Assembly (NCBI GenBank): GCA_964510165.1
Contig: CAZEBC010000018.1
Span: 1-36,595, forward strand
Origin: an uncultured bacterium
GTDB taxonomy: Bacteria > Abyssobacteria > SURF-5
Direction of reading: 5' to 3'
Length of the DNA stretch: 36,595 bases
Shown: positions 16,032 through 25,653 of the stretch, in pieces
Layout: each line of letters opens with the position of its first letter
Position numbering within the stretch: the first letter of the stretch is position 1
Translations under genes and position numbers: made by a program
The notes under the pieces: generated by a model
Seen by the model: the letters and a program-made list of their open reading frames with translations, nothing else
Database searches by the model: none
Told to the model about the DNA's origin: nothing

Positions 16032-17635
16032 TGCTCCACGCGGAATACTGAAACCAGACCTCTCTGAAACGCGAGTTTCAGGTAAGGCGCCTCATTCGGC
16101 TCGAATGCGCCGAGCCTCTTCTCCTCAGGTCCATGATAGACAAACGATATGCCGTTACGCGCGAGAAAGTCGTGCCGGACCGACGACGCCGTGTCTGCCG
16201 CAAAAAACCTCCTCGCCTCGTTAAACCGATAATCATACGACGGAAGATCATACTGGCCCAGCCATGCATGCTTGCGGGTCAAACGCGGCACGTAATTGCC
16301 CACCCATTCCCCCGAAAGAACCACCCCGTCTTCGGGACTTTCGCGAATAAATTCAAGCGCTTCATATTCATCGCGCGTGAGCGAGAACGTCGCCGGGAAA
16401 TGCTTCAACCGCCAAATCCGCTCGTATATATTATAAAAGGTACTGGGAAAAGTAAAGACAACGAGGAGCGTCGCAAGCGCCATGCCTGCGCACCGGCGTC
16501 CCCGGGCAGCGTCCCCGTCTCCGACCAGCCCGAACGCGGGAAGAATCGTCCCGAAAATCGCCCGCGCCGACAGCGCCGCCAGCGGGATCTGGAGCCCCAG
16601 CACCGCGCGCGCCTCCTGAGCCAGCAAGGGGTAGGAATACAAGAGCGCCGAGTTGACCGCCGCCCAGCAGAGCAGAAACATGTCCTCCCGCGGAAGCGCG
16701 CGCTTTCTCACCAATGCTGCGACATGTACCGCCGTCAGTATGAGAAACGGAGCGAAACCGACGAGATAGGAAAGTGGCGTGGGCGACCTCACCGGCGCCT
16801 GCGGAAGAAGGTCCGGTTTGGCCAGCGAGAGATAGGCGTAGTAGGCGAGCGGCCACACCGAGGCTGCCCCGAAGGCCACAGCCATCCGCATGGGACGCTG
16901 TCTTCTGAAAACCACCAGCGATACGAGCGCAAAGGCCCCGACCACCGCGAATATCACGACGAGGTTCACCGCATGGATGAAACCCAAGAGCAAGCCAACC
17001 ACTCCAGCAGCCAGCGCCGGCCATAAGGTCTCCCGCTGAAACGAATCCCACAGGAGCCCAACACACACGCCGATCAGGATCAGCGCGAGCGACAAGTGCG
17101 GATACGTCATGAGCGTGAAGAAAGAACTGGCCTCGGGAGTGCCCACGTCGGCAGGAATGAACGGCAGCCCCGAGAAGCGAAGCGGCATCATCATCCAGCC
17201 GGCTCCCGCGCCGAAGACTAACATCAGCATCGCGACCATCCGTTCAGCCCTCGAACGCAGGAACCTCGCAACCACATAATACGAAACGGGCACGAACGCA
17301 ATCGTGGCCGCAATCCTGAAGCCGTGATACATGGCCAGAGGACTCAGGCTCAGCCAACTCCCGAGCTTCCCGAGGAAGAACCAGAAGAACCCGTGATAGA
17401 TTCTGTCAGGCTCGCCGGACGCGAAATAGTTATGTAGAATCGGGCTCCAGCCGTCCACCTGCATCATCATCATGAAATAGAAGTTCGCGTCGCGGACGCC
17501 AGCGACTATCCCCATGAATCTCAACTCGGGCGGAAGCGCAAAGCAGCCATACAGGAGCGGAATGTTGGAAAGAATGACGAGCGCCACCATGACCGCCAGG
17601 AAAAAGATGAGTGTGCGGAGGTTGACCTTTGACAC
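16028..17635 (-). CDS. Polytopic membrane protein, probable GT-C-like
   Basis: More than 10 TM helices; D..FY..MM.Q acidic first loop; PEAS.FF....YPH; C-terminal soluble domain typical of GT-C-associated proteins. Confidence 0.6.
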   Translation of the reverse strand: MSKVNLRTLIFFLAVMVALVILSNIPLLYGCFALPPELRFMGIVAGVRDANFYFMMMMQVDGWSPILHNYFASGEPDRIYHGFFWFFLGKLGSWLSLSPLAMYHGFRIAATIAFVPVSYYVVARFLRSRAERMVAMLMLVFGAGAGWMMMPLRFSGLPFIPADVGTPEASSFFTLMTYPHLSLALILIGVCVGLLWDSFQRETLWPALAAGVVGLLLGFIHAVNLVVIFAVVGAFALVSLVVFRRQRPMRMAVAFGAASVWPLAYYAYLSLAKPDLLPQAPVRSPTPLSYLVGFAPFLILTAVHVAALVRKRALPREDMFLLCWAAVNSALLYSYPLLAQEARAVLGLQIPLAALSARAIFGTILPAFGLVGDGDAARGRRCAGMALATLLVVFTFPSTFYNIYERIWRLKHFPATFSLTRDEYEALEFIRESPEDGVVLSGEWVGNYVPRLTRKHAWLGQYDLPSYDYRFNEARRFFAADTASSVRHDFLARNGISFVYHGPEEKRLGAFEPNEAPYLKLAFQRGLVSVFRVEQ

Positions 17636-17690
17636 GCCCCGTCTATTCAGCTCCTCAGCTTGCCTTCGTAAAACCGCTCCATGCCTGGCT

Positions 17691-17751
17691 GCGCTGCAAC
17701 CAAAGCTCCCTCACCCTGCCCTCTCCCGGTGGGAGAGGGTTGGGGTGAGGG
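17691..17751. repeat. Composite palindromic repeat, copy 2
   Basis: GCGCTGCAACCAAAGCT followed by CCCTCACCCTGCCCTCTCCCGGTGGGAGAGGGTTGGGGTGAGGG (17708-17751). Confidence 0.85.
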
Positions 17752-17766
17752 GATGTCCACTGCGCA

Positions 17767-19110
17767 TCACTTGCCGCTCACCACGACGTCCTTCACCAGA
17801 ATCGTCGGCGAACCGTACCGGCTGTAAAACCGCAGGTCATCGGCGACGGCAACGACGTTTATGAGGATATCCTTCACGTTGCCCGCAATGGTGGTCTCTC
17901 GCACGGGGAACTTGACCGCGCCCCCTTCTATCCACAGCCCGTTCGCGCCCACGGAAAAGTCGCCCGATACGGCGTCCACCGTGTGCATCCCCATCACGTC
18001 CATGACAAGGTACGCGCGCGAGCAGCCGGCTATCAAGTCAGCCCTGCTGATGGTCCCCGGCACAAGGTACATGTTCGATGCGCCAACGTCCGGCATCGAG
18101 GAGTAGGAACCTCGCATGCCATTGCCCGTTGACTCGACTCCCCACTTGACGGCCGTATATGTATTGTGGAGGAATCCTCTGAGCACGCCCGATTCGACCA
18201 ACACGGTCCTTCTCGACGGAATTCCCTCGCCGTCCGACGGCGACGGGGCGAACCCTGCTGGGAACGCGCCGTCATCAATAATAGTCACGTTCAGACTGGC
18301 GACCGCGTGGCCCACCTTGTCCATGAGGAACGACTTGCGCTTCTGCGCCTGGTCGGCCATGAGCGCGTGTCCGATCGCTCCCAGAAATTCCGAGGCGACC
18401 GACGAATCCAGTATCACCGGGACCGTCGCCGTCTCTATCTGCTTCGCGCCGAGCAGTTCGACCGCGCGCTTCGCGGCCACCCTGCCGACCCGCTCCACCT
18501 CAAGCTCCTTGAAATAGAACGAATGATCGAATTCCCAGCCGTACTCGGCCTCGCCGTCCGTCTCTGCTACCGCGATGATGCTCGCGTCACACGAGGTGCC
18601 CTTGTGCCGGACCGAGACGCCGTGACTGTTGACCAGGACAATCTCGAAACTCATGTCGGAAATCGTCGAGTGCCGAACCTTGTTCACTCTCCGATCGTAT
18701 CCGCGCGCAACCGATTCCATCTGCATCGCCCGCTCGATCCGCTCGTCAACGCCCACGCTTGCAAGCTCGGGATCGAACCGGTCAACCTTCGGATATTCGA
18801 GCGAGGGCAGGGGAAGTCTGTTGAAGCGGTCGGGATGACCCGATTCGGCGTTCGCGAGCGCCTGCTTCGCAACCTGAGCGAGCCCTGACCGGCTGAGGTC
18901 CGAGGTATGCGCAAACCCGAACCGCTCATTCTTCAGGACGCGCACCCCGATGCCTGAGCCGTCTCGTACCTTCACTGTCTCGACCTGTCCCCCGCTCACT
19001 TCGACAGAGGTCGAACTCGAACGCGACAAGAAGCTCTCCGCCGCATCGGCGCCCTCCCCGAGCGCGGTCTCCAGCGCGACGGCCACCAACTTCTCTTCGC
19101 TGTGGTTCAT
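17767..19110 (-). CDS. pmbA: TldD/PmbA-family protein (PmbA/TldE type)
   Basis: GIGVRV...RFGFA.TSD, DGEGIPSRRTVLVESGVLRGFLHN, STGNG, SGDFSVGANG, ETTIAGN. No HExxxH motif seen. ATG at 19110 overlaps the trpA TGA (ATGA). Confidence 0.88.
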   Translation of the reverse strand: MNHSEEKLVAVALETALGEGADAAESFLSRSSSTSVEVSGGQVETVKVRDGSGIGVRVLKNERFGFAHTSDLSRSGLAQVAKQALANAESGHPDRFNRLPLPSLEYPKVDRFDPELASVGVDERIERAMQMESVARGYDRRVNKVRHSTISDMSFEIVLVNSHGVSVRHKGTSCDASIIAVAETDGEAEYGWEFDHSFYFKELEVERVGRVAAKRAVELLGAKQIETATVPVILDSSVASEFLGAIGHALMADQAQKRKSFLMDKVGHAVASLNVTIIDDGAFPAGFAPSPSDGEGIPSRRTVLVESGVLRGFLHNTYTAVKWGVESTGNGMRGSYSSMPDVGASNMYLVPGTISRADLIAGCSRAYLVMDVMGMHTVDAVSGDFSVGANGLWIEGGAVKFPVRETTIAGNVKDILINVVAVADDLRFYSRYGSPTILVKDVVVSGK

Positions 19111-19907
19111 CTCTTCACCGCCTTCACAAGCGAGGAAACAAATCGCGAGACCTCCGCCACAACGTCCGGCGAGGCGCCCCGCCCTTCTATCTTCTTCACA
19201 ATGGCCGAGCCTACCACAACCGCATCGGCGTATGCGGCCACCTCGGCCGCCATCTGAGGCGTGGATATCCCAAAGCCTACCGCCACCGGTTTGCCCGACC
19301 GGGAGCGAATCTTCTCCACCATCGCCGGACCGCCGCCCGCCATTTTCTCCTGCATCCCCGTCACGCCTTCTCGCGAAACATAGTACACGAACCCCGTGCT
19401 GTATCTTGATATCAGGTCGATCCTCTGGTCCGTGCTGGTCGGCGCCGCAAGATAAACGGTGCAAAGCCCCTTCATGTCCATTAGAGGCTTGTATTCGCCC
19501 GACTCTTCGGGCGGCAGGTCCAGCACCAGCGCGCCGTCTACGCCGCATTCGGATGCCCCGGCCACGAACTGCTCGATTCCCAGATGATGGACCAGATTGA
19601 AATACGCGTACAGTATTATCGGGATTTCAGATTCTGAACGAATGCGCTTGACGGTGTGCAGCACCTTCCGAAGGCTTGTGCCAGCCTTGAGCGCGCGCTC
19701 AGCCGACCTCTGATTCACGACCCCGTCGGCCAGCGGGTCCGAGAACGGCACGCCGAGTTCCAGTATGTCCACGCCGATGCGGTCGAACTCCAGCGCCAAC
19801 TGCCGCGTGACATCGAGGTTCGGGTCGCCCGCCGTGATATATGCGATGAATCCTTTCCGCCCCTCCCGCTTCAATAGTTCGAACTTGTCAACCACACGGT
19901 TCGCCAT
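19107..19907 (-). CDS. trpA: Tryptophan synthase alpha chain
   Basis: YITAGDP, LELGVPFSDPLADG, DLPPEE, YYVSREGVTG, AVGFGIS, VVGSAIV. Confidence 0.97.
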   Translation of the reverse strand: MANRVVDKFELLKREGRKGFIAYITAGDPNLDVTRQLALEFDRIGVDILELGVPFSDPLADGVVNQRSAERALKAGTSLRKVLHTVKRIRSESEIPIILYAYFNLVHHLGIEQFVAGASECGVDGALVLDLPPEESGEYKPLMDMKGLCTVYLAAPTSTDQRIDLISRYSTGFVYYVSREGVTGMQEKMAGGGPAMVEKIRSRSGKPVAVGFGISTPQMAAEVAAYADAVVVGSAIVKKIEGRGASPDVVAEVSRFVSSLVKAVKR

Positions 19908-21094
19908 CAGTTGCCTTTCGACAGAATCTCCGAGACCACCTGCACGTCCTTGTCGCCGCGGCCCGAAAGATTCACGATGACTGAATCTCCCGCATCCAGT
20001 GTCGGAACGACCTTGAGCGCGTGCGCCACCGCGTGCGCGCTCTCAAGCGCCGGGATTATCCCCTCCACCTCGCTCAGGACCTGAAACGCGGCCAGAGCCT
20101 CTTCATCCGTTGCAGTCGTGTACTCGGTGCGGCCGGCATCGCGCAGATAACTGTGCTCCGGACCGACGCTCGCATAGTCCAACCCAGCCGATACCGAGTG
20201 CGTGAAGTCTATCTGGCCGTCCTCGGTCTGAAGCACGAAGCTCATGCAGCCTTGCAGCACGCCAAGCTCGCCCGTGGCAAAACGCGCGGCATGCTTGCCC
20301 GATTCGATCCCCAGGCCGCCTGCCTCCACGCCAATCATTCTGACGCCCCTATCCCCGAGGAAGTCATAAAACAGACCAATGGAATTGCTGCCGCCTCCGA
20401 CGCACGCAATCAGCGCGGCGGGCAGCCTGCCCTCTTTCTCCAATATCTGCCTGCGCGCTTCCGCGCCGATAACCCTTTGGAAATCGCGCACCATCATCGG
20501 ATACGGATGCGCCCCGAGTACCGAGCCGAGGATGTAATGCGTGGTCCGCACGTTGGTGACCCAGTCGCGCATGGCTTCGCTGATGGCGTCCTTGAGCGTC
20601 TTGCTGCCCGTGATGACCGGCGTCACCTTCGAGCCAAGCAGCCGCATCCGGAACACATTCAGCGCCTGGCGCCGCATGTCTTCCTCACCCATGTATATCT
20701 CGCACTCAAGCCCCAACAGCGCCGCGACGGTCGCCGTCGCCACACCGTGCTGCCCCGCACCCGTCTCCGCGATCACACGCGTCTTCCCCATCCGCTTTGC
20801 CAGAAGCGCCTGCCCGATGGTGTTGTTTATCTTGTGTGCGCCTGTATGGCAGAGATCCTCACGCTTCAGATATATCTTCGCGCCCCCCAGCCGCGCGGTC
20901 AGGCGCTCCGCCAGGAACAGCGGCGTCGGTCTGCCCGCGTATTCAGTGAGATAATACTCAAGCTCGCGCCGGAAGCCGGGATCGTCCTTGTATCTGAGAT
21001 AGGCTTCCTCAAGCTCCTGCAGCGGAGACATAAGGGTCTCCGGCACATACTTGCCGCCATACGGACCGAAATGGCCTCCGCTGTCAGGTTGCAT
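19907..21094 (-). CDS. trpB: Tryptophan synthase beta chain
   Basis: [53 protein letters not shown] at 21094 with SD GGAGG. Confidence 0.97.
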   Translation of the reverse strand: MQPDSGGHFGPYGGKYVPETLMSPLQELEEAYLRYKDDPGFRRELEYYLTEYAGRPTPLFLAERLTARLGGAKIYLKREDLCHTGAHKINNTIGQALLAKRMGKTRVIAETGAGQHGVATATVAALLGLECEIYMGEEDMRRQALNVFRMRLLGSKVTPVITGSKTLKDAISEAMRDWVTNVRTTHYILGSVLGAHPYPMMVRDFQRVIGAEARRQILEKEGRLPAALIACVGGGSNSIGLFYDFLGDRGVRMIGVEAGGLGIESGKHAARFATGELGVLQGCMSFVLQTEDGQIDFTHSVSAGLDYASVGPEHSYLRDAGRTEYTTATDEEALAAFQVLSEVEGIIPALESAHAVAHALKVVPTLDAGDSVIVNLSGRGDKDVQVVSEILSKGN

Positions 21095-21710
21095 ATCGTT
21101 TTGCCCTCCGAATGAATTCCCGCACTTTCGCCGCATCCTTCCTGCCCGGCGCCGACTCGACTCCGCTGGAGACATCTACCGCGTCGGGCGCGGCAACCTC
21201 GATGGCCCGCTCTACGTTATCGGGGCTCAGGCCGCCCGACAACACTATCGGCCTGCAATATGATTTGGCCTTGACCGCGATGCCCCAGTCGAATGTCCTG
21301 CCCGTGCCGCCCGCCATCCCCTCGACTTTGGTGTCAAGCAGAATGATGCCCGCGGGCGAACCCTCGATAACCCCCAAATCATCTTCGGTCCGAACGGAAA
21401 CCGCCTTGATCAGCCGCTTCGGGTCCAGACCCGATTCCTCGATGAACCGCTCGTCCTGCCCTTCGTAAAGCTGAATGAAATCAAGACCTATGCAGTCAAA
21501 AATGCCTTTGGCCAGTTTCGGCGTCGGATTGACAAACACGCCCACCGTCGAGACAAACGGCGGCAGTTTCGCCCGGATGCTACCCGCTTGTTTCTCATCA
21601 ACCTGCCTCCGGCTCGGCGCGAAAATGAAGCCGAGCGCGTCGGCGCCGCATTCGGCGGCCCACAGCGCGTCATCAAGATTCGTTATCCCGCAAATCTTTA
21701 CTCTCGTCAC
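21084..21710 (-). CDS. trpF: Phosphoribosylanthranilate isomerase
   Basis: [37 protein letters not shown]. Confidence 0.96.
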   Translation of the reverse strand: MTRVKICGITNLDDALWAAECGADALGFIFAPSRRQVDEKQAGSIRAKLPPFVSTVGVFVNPTPKLAKGIFDCIGLDFIQLYEGQDERFIEESGLDPKRLIKAVSVRTEDDLGVIEGSPAGIILLDTKVEGMAGGTGRTFDWGIAVKAKSYCRPIVLSGGLSPDNVERAIEVAAPDAVDVSSGVESAPGRKDAAKVREFIRRAKRYAT

Positions 21711-21755
21711 TATGTTACTCGCTATCAGTTTCTTGAATTTTTGTCGCGATTTTCC

Positions 21756-21826
21756 CCCTCACCCCAACCCTCTCCTGGTGGGAGAGGGCAGGGTGAGGGA
21801 GCCTTTGTTGCGGCTTCGTCGCGCTG
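21756..21826. repeat. Composite palindromic repeat, copy 3 (tail on the minus strand)
   Basis: CCCTCACCCCAACCCTCTCCTGGTGGGAGAGGGCAGGGTGAGGG (21756-21799), followed by the reverse complement of CAGCGCGACGAAGCCGCAACAAAGGCT. Confidence 0.85.
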
Positions 21827-21882
21827 TGTTACTCGCCTCAAAAAGCGTGAATTTCCGTCACAATCCTGCTGTACTCTTGGTT

Positions 21883-21910
21883 GTAGCGGCAGTTCGCGAA
21901 CCGCTCCTAC
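21883..21910 (-). repeat. GTAG-family REP element
   Basis: Minus strand GTAGGAGCGGTTCGCGAACTGCCGCTAC: GTAG foot plus an imperfect palindrome. Confidence 0.7.
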
Positions 21911-22677
21911 AGTAGGAGTTCCCGCATTTTCCGGATTATATCAGAACTGGTCACCAGCGCTTCGCCCACCAGGATTGCGCTGACGCCGACCCCTCGAAGC
22001 CGTCGCACGTCATCGCCCGTATGTATCCCGCTCTCGCTCACGATTATGCGGCCAACGGGCGCCTCGGGCGCAAGCCGCAGGGTCACGGCGATATCTGTTT
22101 TGAATGTCCGGAGGTCGCGATTGTTGATGCCGATGATGTCCGCTCCCGCCTTGAGCGCCACGTCGAGTTGCTCCCGATCGTGCACCTCGACCAGCGCATC
22201 CATCCCCAATTCTCTTGCAAGCGCCAGATAATCGCGCGCCTGATGCTCATCGAGAGCCGCAACTATCAACAGCATCGCGTCCGCCCCTATGGCGGCGGTC
22301 TCCCAGACCTGATAGGAGTCTATGATGAAATCCTTTCGCAACGTCGGCAGGCGCGTCGCCTCTTTCGCGGCCCTCAGGTGAGAAGACTCGCCCTGAAAAT
22401 ACTTCGCATCGGTCAGGACCGAGAGCGCCGATGCGCCTCCTTTGGCATACGCCCGCGCGAGCGCGGCAGGGTCAAAATCCGCCCGGAGCACTCCGCGAGA
22501 CGGCGACGCCTTCTTGATCTCCGCAATCAGGCTGACCCGGCCCGGCGCACTCAAGGCCCGGCGGAAGTCGCCGGGTTTGCGCGGTGTGACCTGCCGCTGT
22601 AGTTCTGCAAGGGGAAGGAGCTTCTTGGACTGTTCAACTTCGCGGCGCTTGTGCGCGATTATGTCGTCCAGGATCAA
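21907..22677 (-). CDS. trpC: Indole-3-glycerol phosphate synthase
   Basis: IAEIKKASPSRG, LSVLTD..YFQG, LRKDFI, LVEVH, GINNRDL, VSESGI, LVGEAL. Confidence 0.97.
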   Translation of the reverse strand: MILDDIIAHKRREVEQSKKLLPLAELQRQVTPRKPGDFRRALSAPGRVSLIAEIKKASPSRGVLRADFDPAALARAYAKGGASALSVLTDAKYFQGESSHLRAAKEATRLPTLRKDFIIDSYQVWETAAIGADAMLLIVAALDEHQARDYLALARELGMDALVEVHDREQLDVALKAGADIIGINNRDLRTFKTDIAVTLRLAPEAPVGRIIVSESGIHTGDDVRRLRGVGVSAILVGEALVTSSDIIRKMRELLL

Positions 22678-23684
22678 CGTGACGATCCCTCTCGCAAACG
22701 CTGAAGCTTGTCGAACGCAGCGCCGGAATCAATCGCGTGGGAGGCCGCCTCTATGCCTTCGGAGATGCTGTTGACCTTTCCGGCGGCCAAGAGCGCAAAC
22801 GCCGCGTTCAGCACAACGATATCGCGGCGCGGCCCCTTCTGGCCCTGCAATATCTCGACGAGGGTCCTTGCGTTTCCGATCGGATCGGCCCCGGCCAGGT
22901 CTTCCGGCTGCGCCCGCTTGACGCCGACTTCGGAGGGCTCGAACTCGAAGAGCGTGACTTCGCCCCCCCGGGTCTCTGCAATAAGGCTCGGGGCCGTTGT
23001 GGTCACCTCATCGAGGCCGTCGAATCCGGATACCACAAATGCGTGCCGTGTGCCGAGCTTGCTCAACGCGCGGGCCACCGGCTCGACGATGCCGCAGCTA
23101 TACACTCCAATCAACTGAGAATCTGCGAACGCCGGATTGGTCAGCGGCCCGAGCATGTTGAATATCGTCCGTACCCCGATCTCGCGTCGAGGGCCGACGG
23201 CGTACTTCATCGCCCCGTGATAGATCGGAGCAAACATGAATCCGATCCCTATGTCGTCTATCGAGCGCTCGACCGACGACGGCTCGCTCTCGATGCGGAC
23301 GCCAAGCTGCTCAAGCACGTCCGCGCTTCCGCTCTGGCTCGAAACCCCACGGTTCCCATGCTTTGCGACCGCCACCCCGGCCCCGGCCACAACAAACGCG
23401 GCGGTCGTCGAAACATTGAATGTCCTCGCTCCGTCGCCCCCCGTACCGCAAGTGTCAATCAGCGGGCGCCGCTTCGGATTGAGCCGCGTGACCTTCTCGC
23501 GCATCACTCTCGCGCAGCCCGTGATCTCGTCAATCGTCTCTCCCTTCATCCGCAGCGAGACGAGGAAAGCCGCTATCTGCGCCGGTGTCGCGCGCCCCGA
23601 CATGACCTCTTCCATCGCGGCGGCAGCCTCCTCGATGGTGAGATTCTCTCGTTCGACAAGTTTTCTGATGAATTCCTTCAGCAT
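22674..23684 (-). CDS. trpD: Anthranilate phosphoribosyltransferase
   Basis: DTCGTGGDG..TFNVST, AKHGNR..SS.SGSAD, RTIFNMLGPLTNP, DGLDE. Start is ATG 23684 or TTG 23696. Confidence 0.96.
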   Translation of the reverse strand: MLKEFIRKLVERENLTIEEAAAAMEEVMSGRATPAQIAAFLVSLRMKGETIDEITGCARVMREKVTRLNPKRRPLIDTCGTGGDGARTFNVSTTAAFVVAGAGVAVAKHGNRGVSSQSGSADVLEQLGVRIESEPSSVERSIDDIGIGFMFAPIYHGAMKYAVGPRREIGVRTIFNMLGPLTNPAFADSQLIGVYSCGIVEPVARALSKLGTRHAFVVSGFDGLDEVTTTAPSLIAETRGGEVTLFEFEPSEVGVKRAQPEDLAGADPIGNARTLVEILQGQKGPRRDIVVLNAAFALLAAGKVNSISEGIEAASHAIDSGAAFDKLQRLREGSSR

Positions 23685-23719
23685 AAGCTCCTGCAAATGG
23701 CGCGGAGGCCTCGCTATCT

Positions 23720-23745
23720 GTCATTTCTGCGAAAGCGGAAATCCA
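23720..23745. repeat. CGTC-family REP half-element
   Basis: GTCATTTCTGCGAAAGCGGAAATCCA resembles the widespread GTCATTCCCGCGAAAGCGGGAATCCA motif. Confidence 0.55.
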
Positions 23746-23811
23746 TAATGATCACGGCATGAAATGTGCGCAATCCTTTACAATGCTACATATGATTCTG
23801 AATCGGCCTTC

Positions 23812-24333
23812 TCAGCCCGGCCGTTCGGCGCTCCGCAGCGCCCTCTCTTTCTCTTCAACCGCGTTGGCCAGCTTTTCCTTATATCGGGCGAGCCTGGTTC
23901 GCAGGCGGGAATCGGTGAGAGCCAATATCTGGACGGCGAGTACCCCAGCGTTGCGCGCGCCTGCTTTCCCGACGGCCATCGTGGCCACGGGGACTCCAGC
24001 AGGCATCTGAACGGTGGACAAGAGCGCGTCCAGCCCCCGCAGCGCTGATGAATCCATGGGCACGCCAATGACCGGCAAGGTCGTATGGGCCGCGATGACT
24101 CCGGCAAGGTGCGCGGCCGCGCCTGCGCCTGCGATGATCACTCTTGCCCCGTTGCGTGATGCGTTTTCCGCAAGATCGATGGTCCTCTTGGGCGACCTGT
24201 GCGCCGAGGAAATCCGCATTTCGTATCCGACCCCGAACTCATCGAGCGCTTTTGCGGCCTCTCGCATGGTCTCGAGATCGCTCTCGCTTCCCATGAAGAT
24301 CAACACCGAAGCCGTCTTCGGACGCTTAGGCAT
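23812..24333 (-). CDS. purE: N5-CAIR mutase PurE
   Basis: MGSESD, SAHRSP, AGAGAAAHLAG, LPVIGVP, DALLSTVQMP.GVPVAT. Confidence 0.96.
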   Translation of the reverse strand: MPKRPKTASVLIFMGSESDLETMREAAKALDEFGVGYEMRISSAHRSPKRTIDLAENASRNGARVIIAGAGAAAHLAGVIAAHTTLPVIGVPMDSSALRGLDALLSTVQMPAGVPVATMAVGKAGARNAGVLAVQILALTDSRLRTRLARYKEKLANAVEEKERALRSAERPG

Positions 24334-24346
24334 CAGTGTCTCCTTT

Positions 24347-25621
24347 TCACAGGCGCCGCAGCGCCTTCTTGCCGATATCGGTCCTGTAATACTTGTTCTC
24401 GTATTGTATGGCCTCGGCGCATTGGTACGCCGCCTTTATCGCCGCCGGGATGTTCTCTCCCAACGCGGTCGCGCCAAGCACGCGGCCCCCGTTCGTCACA
24501 ACGTTCTTGTTCTTAAGAGCCGTGCCCGCATGAAACACGATGGCGCCCGGGACTCTTGCCGCTTCGTCCAGCCCCGTTATCGGCTTTCCCTTCTCGTACT
24601 TGTCGGGATAGCCCTTCGATGCGAGCACCACACAGACGGCGGCCTCATCGGTCCATTCCGCCTTCACCTTGTCGAGCTTGCCGTCAACGCACGCGAGCAG
24701 TATCGGCACGATGTCGCTCTTCAGGCGCGGCACGACCACCTGCGTCTCCGGGTCCCCGAAGCGCACGTTGAACTCAAGCACCTTCGGCCCTGCTTCTGAG
24801 AGCATCAGGCCGCAGTAGAGCACTCCCCTGTATTCGCAGTTCTCCCGCTTCAGTCCGTCTATCGTGGGCCTGAAAATGCGGCGTTCGACTTCTTTCATGA
24901 TCTCGTCGGTGACCACCGGCGCTGGAGAGTACGCGCCCATCCCGCCGGTGTTCGGGCCTCTATCGTCGTCGTATATGGCCTTGTGATCCTGAGACGGCGG
25001 CATCATCAGGATGTGCTTCCCGTCAGTGAACGCCAGCACCGACGCTTCTTCTCCCGGCACATACTCCTCAAGGACCACCCGATGGCCCGCTCGTCCGAAG
25101 ACTCCTTTGCAGAGGCAGCGTTTCACCGATTCGATCGCCGCCATCTCATCGAACGCGACCGTGACACCCTTGCCCGCCGCAAGCCCGTCAGCCTTGACCA
25201 CTATCGGCGCGCCAATGTCCCGGATGAAATCAATTGCTTCCTTGGCGTCGGAAAAAACCTGAAAGCTGCCGGTCGGAATATTGAACCTCGCCATCAGTTT
25301 CTTGGCGAACGCCTTGCTTCCCTCGAGCAGGGCGGCATCGGCGCTTGGACCGAAAACCTTGAGCCCGCGCTCCCTGAACCGGTCGACTATTCCCTCGACG
25401 AGCGGCGCCTCCGGCCCTACGACCGTGAGGTCCACTTTCTCTTTCTCGGCGAAATCGGCGAGTTTGGCAATATCGCCTCCGTCAAGGCCGACGCAGTCGG
25501 CGAGGTCGGCGATGCCCGCGTTGCCCGGCGCACAGAATATCTTTTCAACCAGAGGACTCTGGCTTATCTTCCAGACCAGCGCGTGCTCCCGGCCTCCACC
25601 GCCTACCACCAGTACCTTCAT
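24347..25621 (-). CDS. purD: Phosphoribosylamine-glycine ligase
   Basis: MKVLVVGGGGREHAL, VVGPEAPL, KADGLAAGKGV, QDHK, GPNTGGMGAYSP, EFNVRFGDPETQ. ATG at 25621 with SD GGGAG. Confidence 0.97.
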   Translation of the reverse strand: MKVLVVGGGGREHALVWKISQSPLVEKIFCAPGNAGIADLADCVGLDGGDIAKLADFAEKEKVDLTVVGPEAPLVEGIVDRFRERGLKVFGPSADAALLEGSKAFAKKLMARFNIPTGSFQVFSDAKEAIDFIRDIGAPIVVKADGLAAGKGVTVAFDEMAAIESVKRCLCKGVFGRAGHRVVLEEYVPGEEASVLAFTDGKHILMMPPSQDHKAIYDDDRGPNTGGMGAYSPAPVVTDEIMKEVERRIFRPTIDGLKRENCEYRGVLYCGLMLSEAGPKVLEFNVRFGDPETQVVVPRLKSDIVPILLACVDGKLDKVKAEWTDEAAVCVVLASKGYPDKYEKGKPITGLDEAARVPGAIVFHAGTALKNKNVVTNGGRVLGATALGENIPAAIKAAYQCAEAIQYENKYYRTDIGKKALRRL

Positions 25622-25653
25622 CAGACGCTCCCTTTTCCCCGAGTGTGCGCAAA

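Noticed and set aside
19111-19548. 146-aa N-terminal extension of PmbA in the ORF track
   Set aside because: It overlaps trpA in another frame. The likely start is ATG 19110 with an ATGA overlap. The track extensions of purF, trpB, purD and purL were trimmed similarly.
23697-23811. Trp attenuator upstream of trpD
   Set aside because: No Trp-rich uORF or terminator. Only a REP half-element and a weak TTGCGC-N17-CATTAT match are present.
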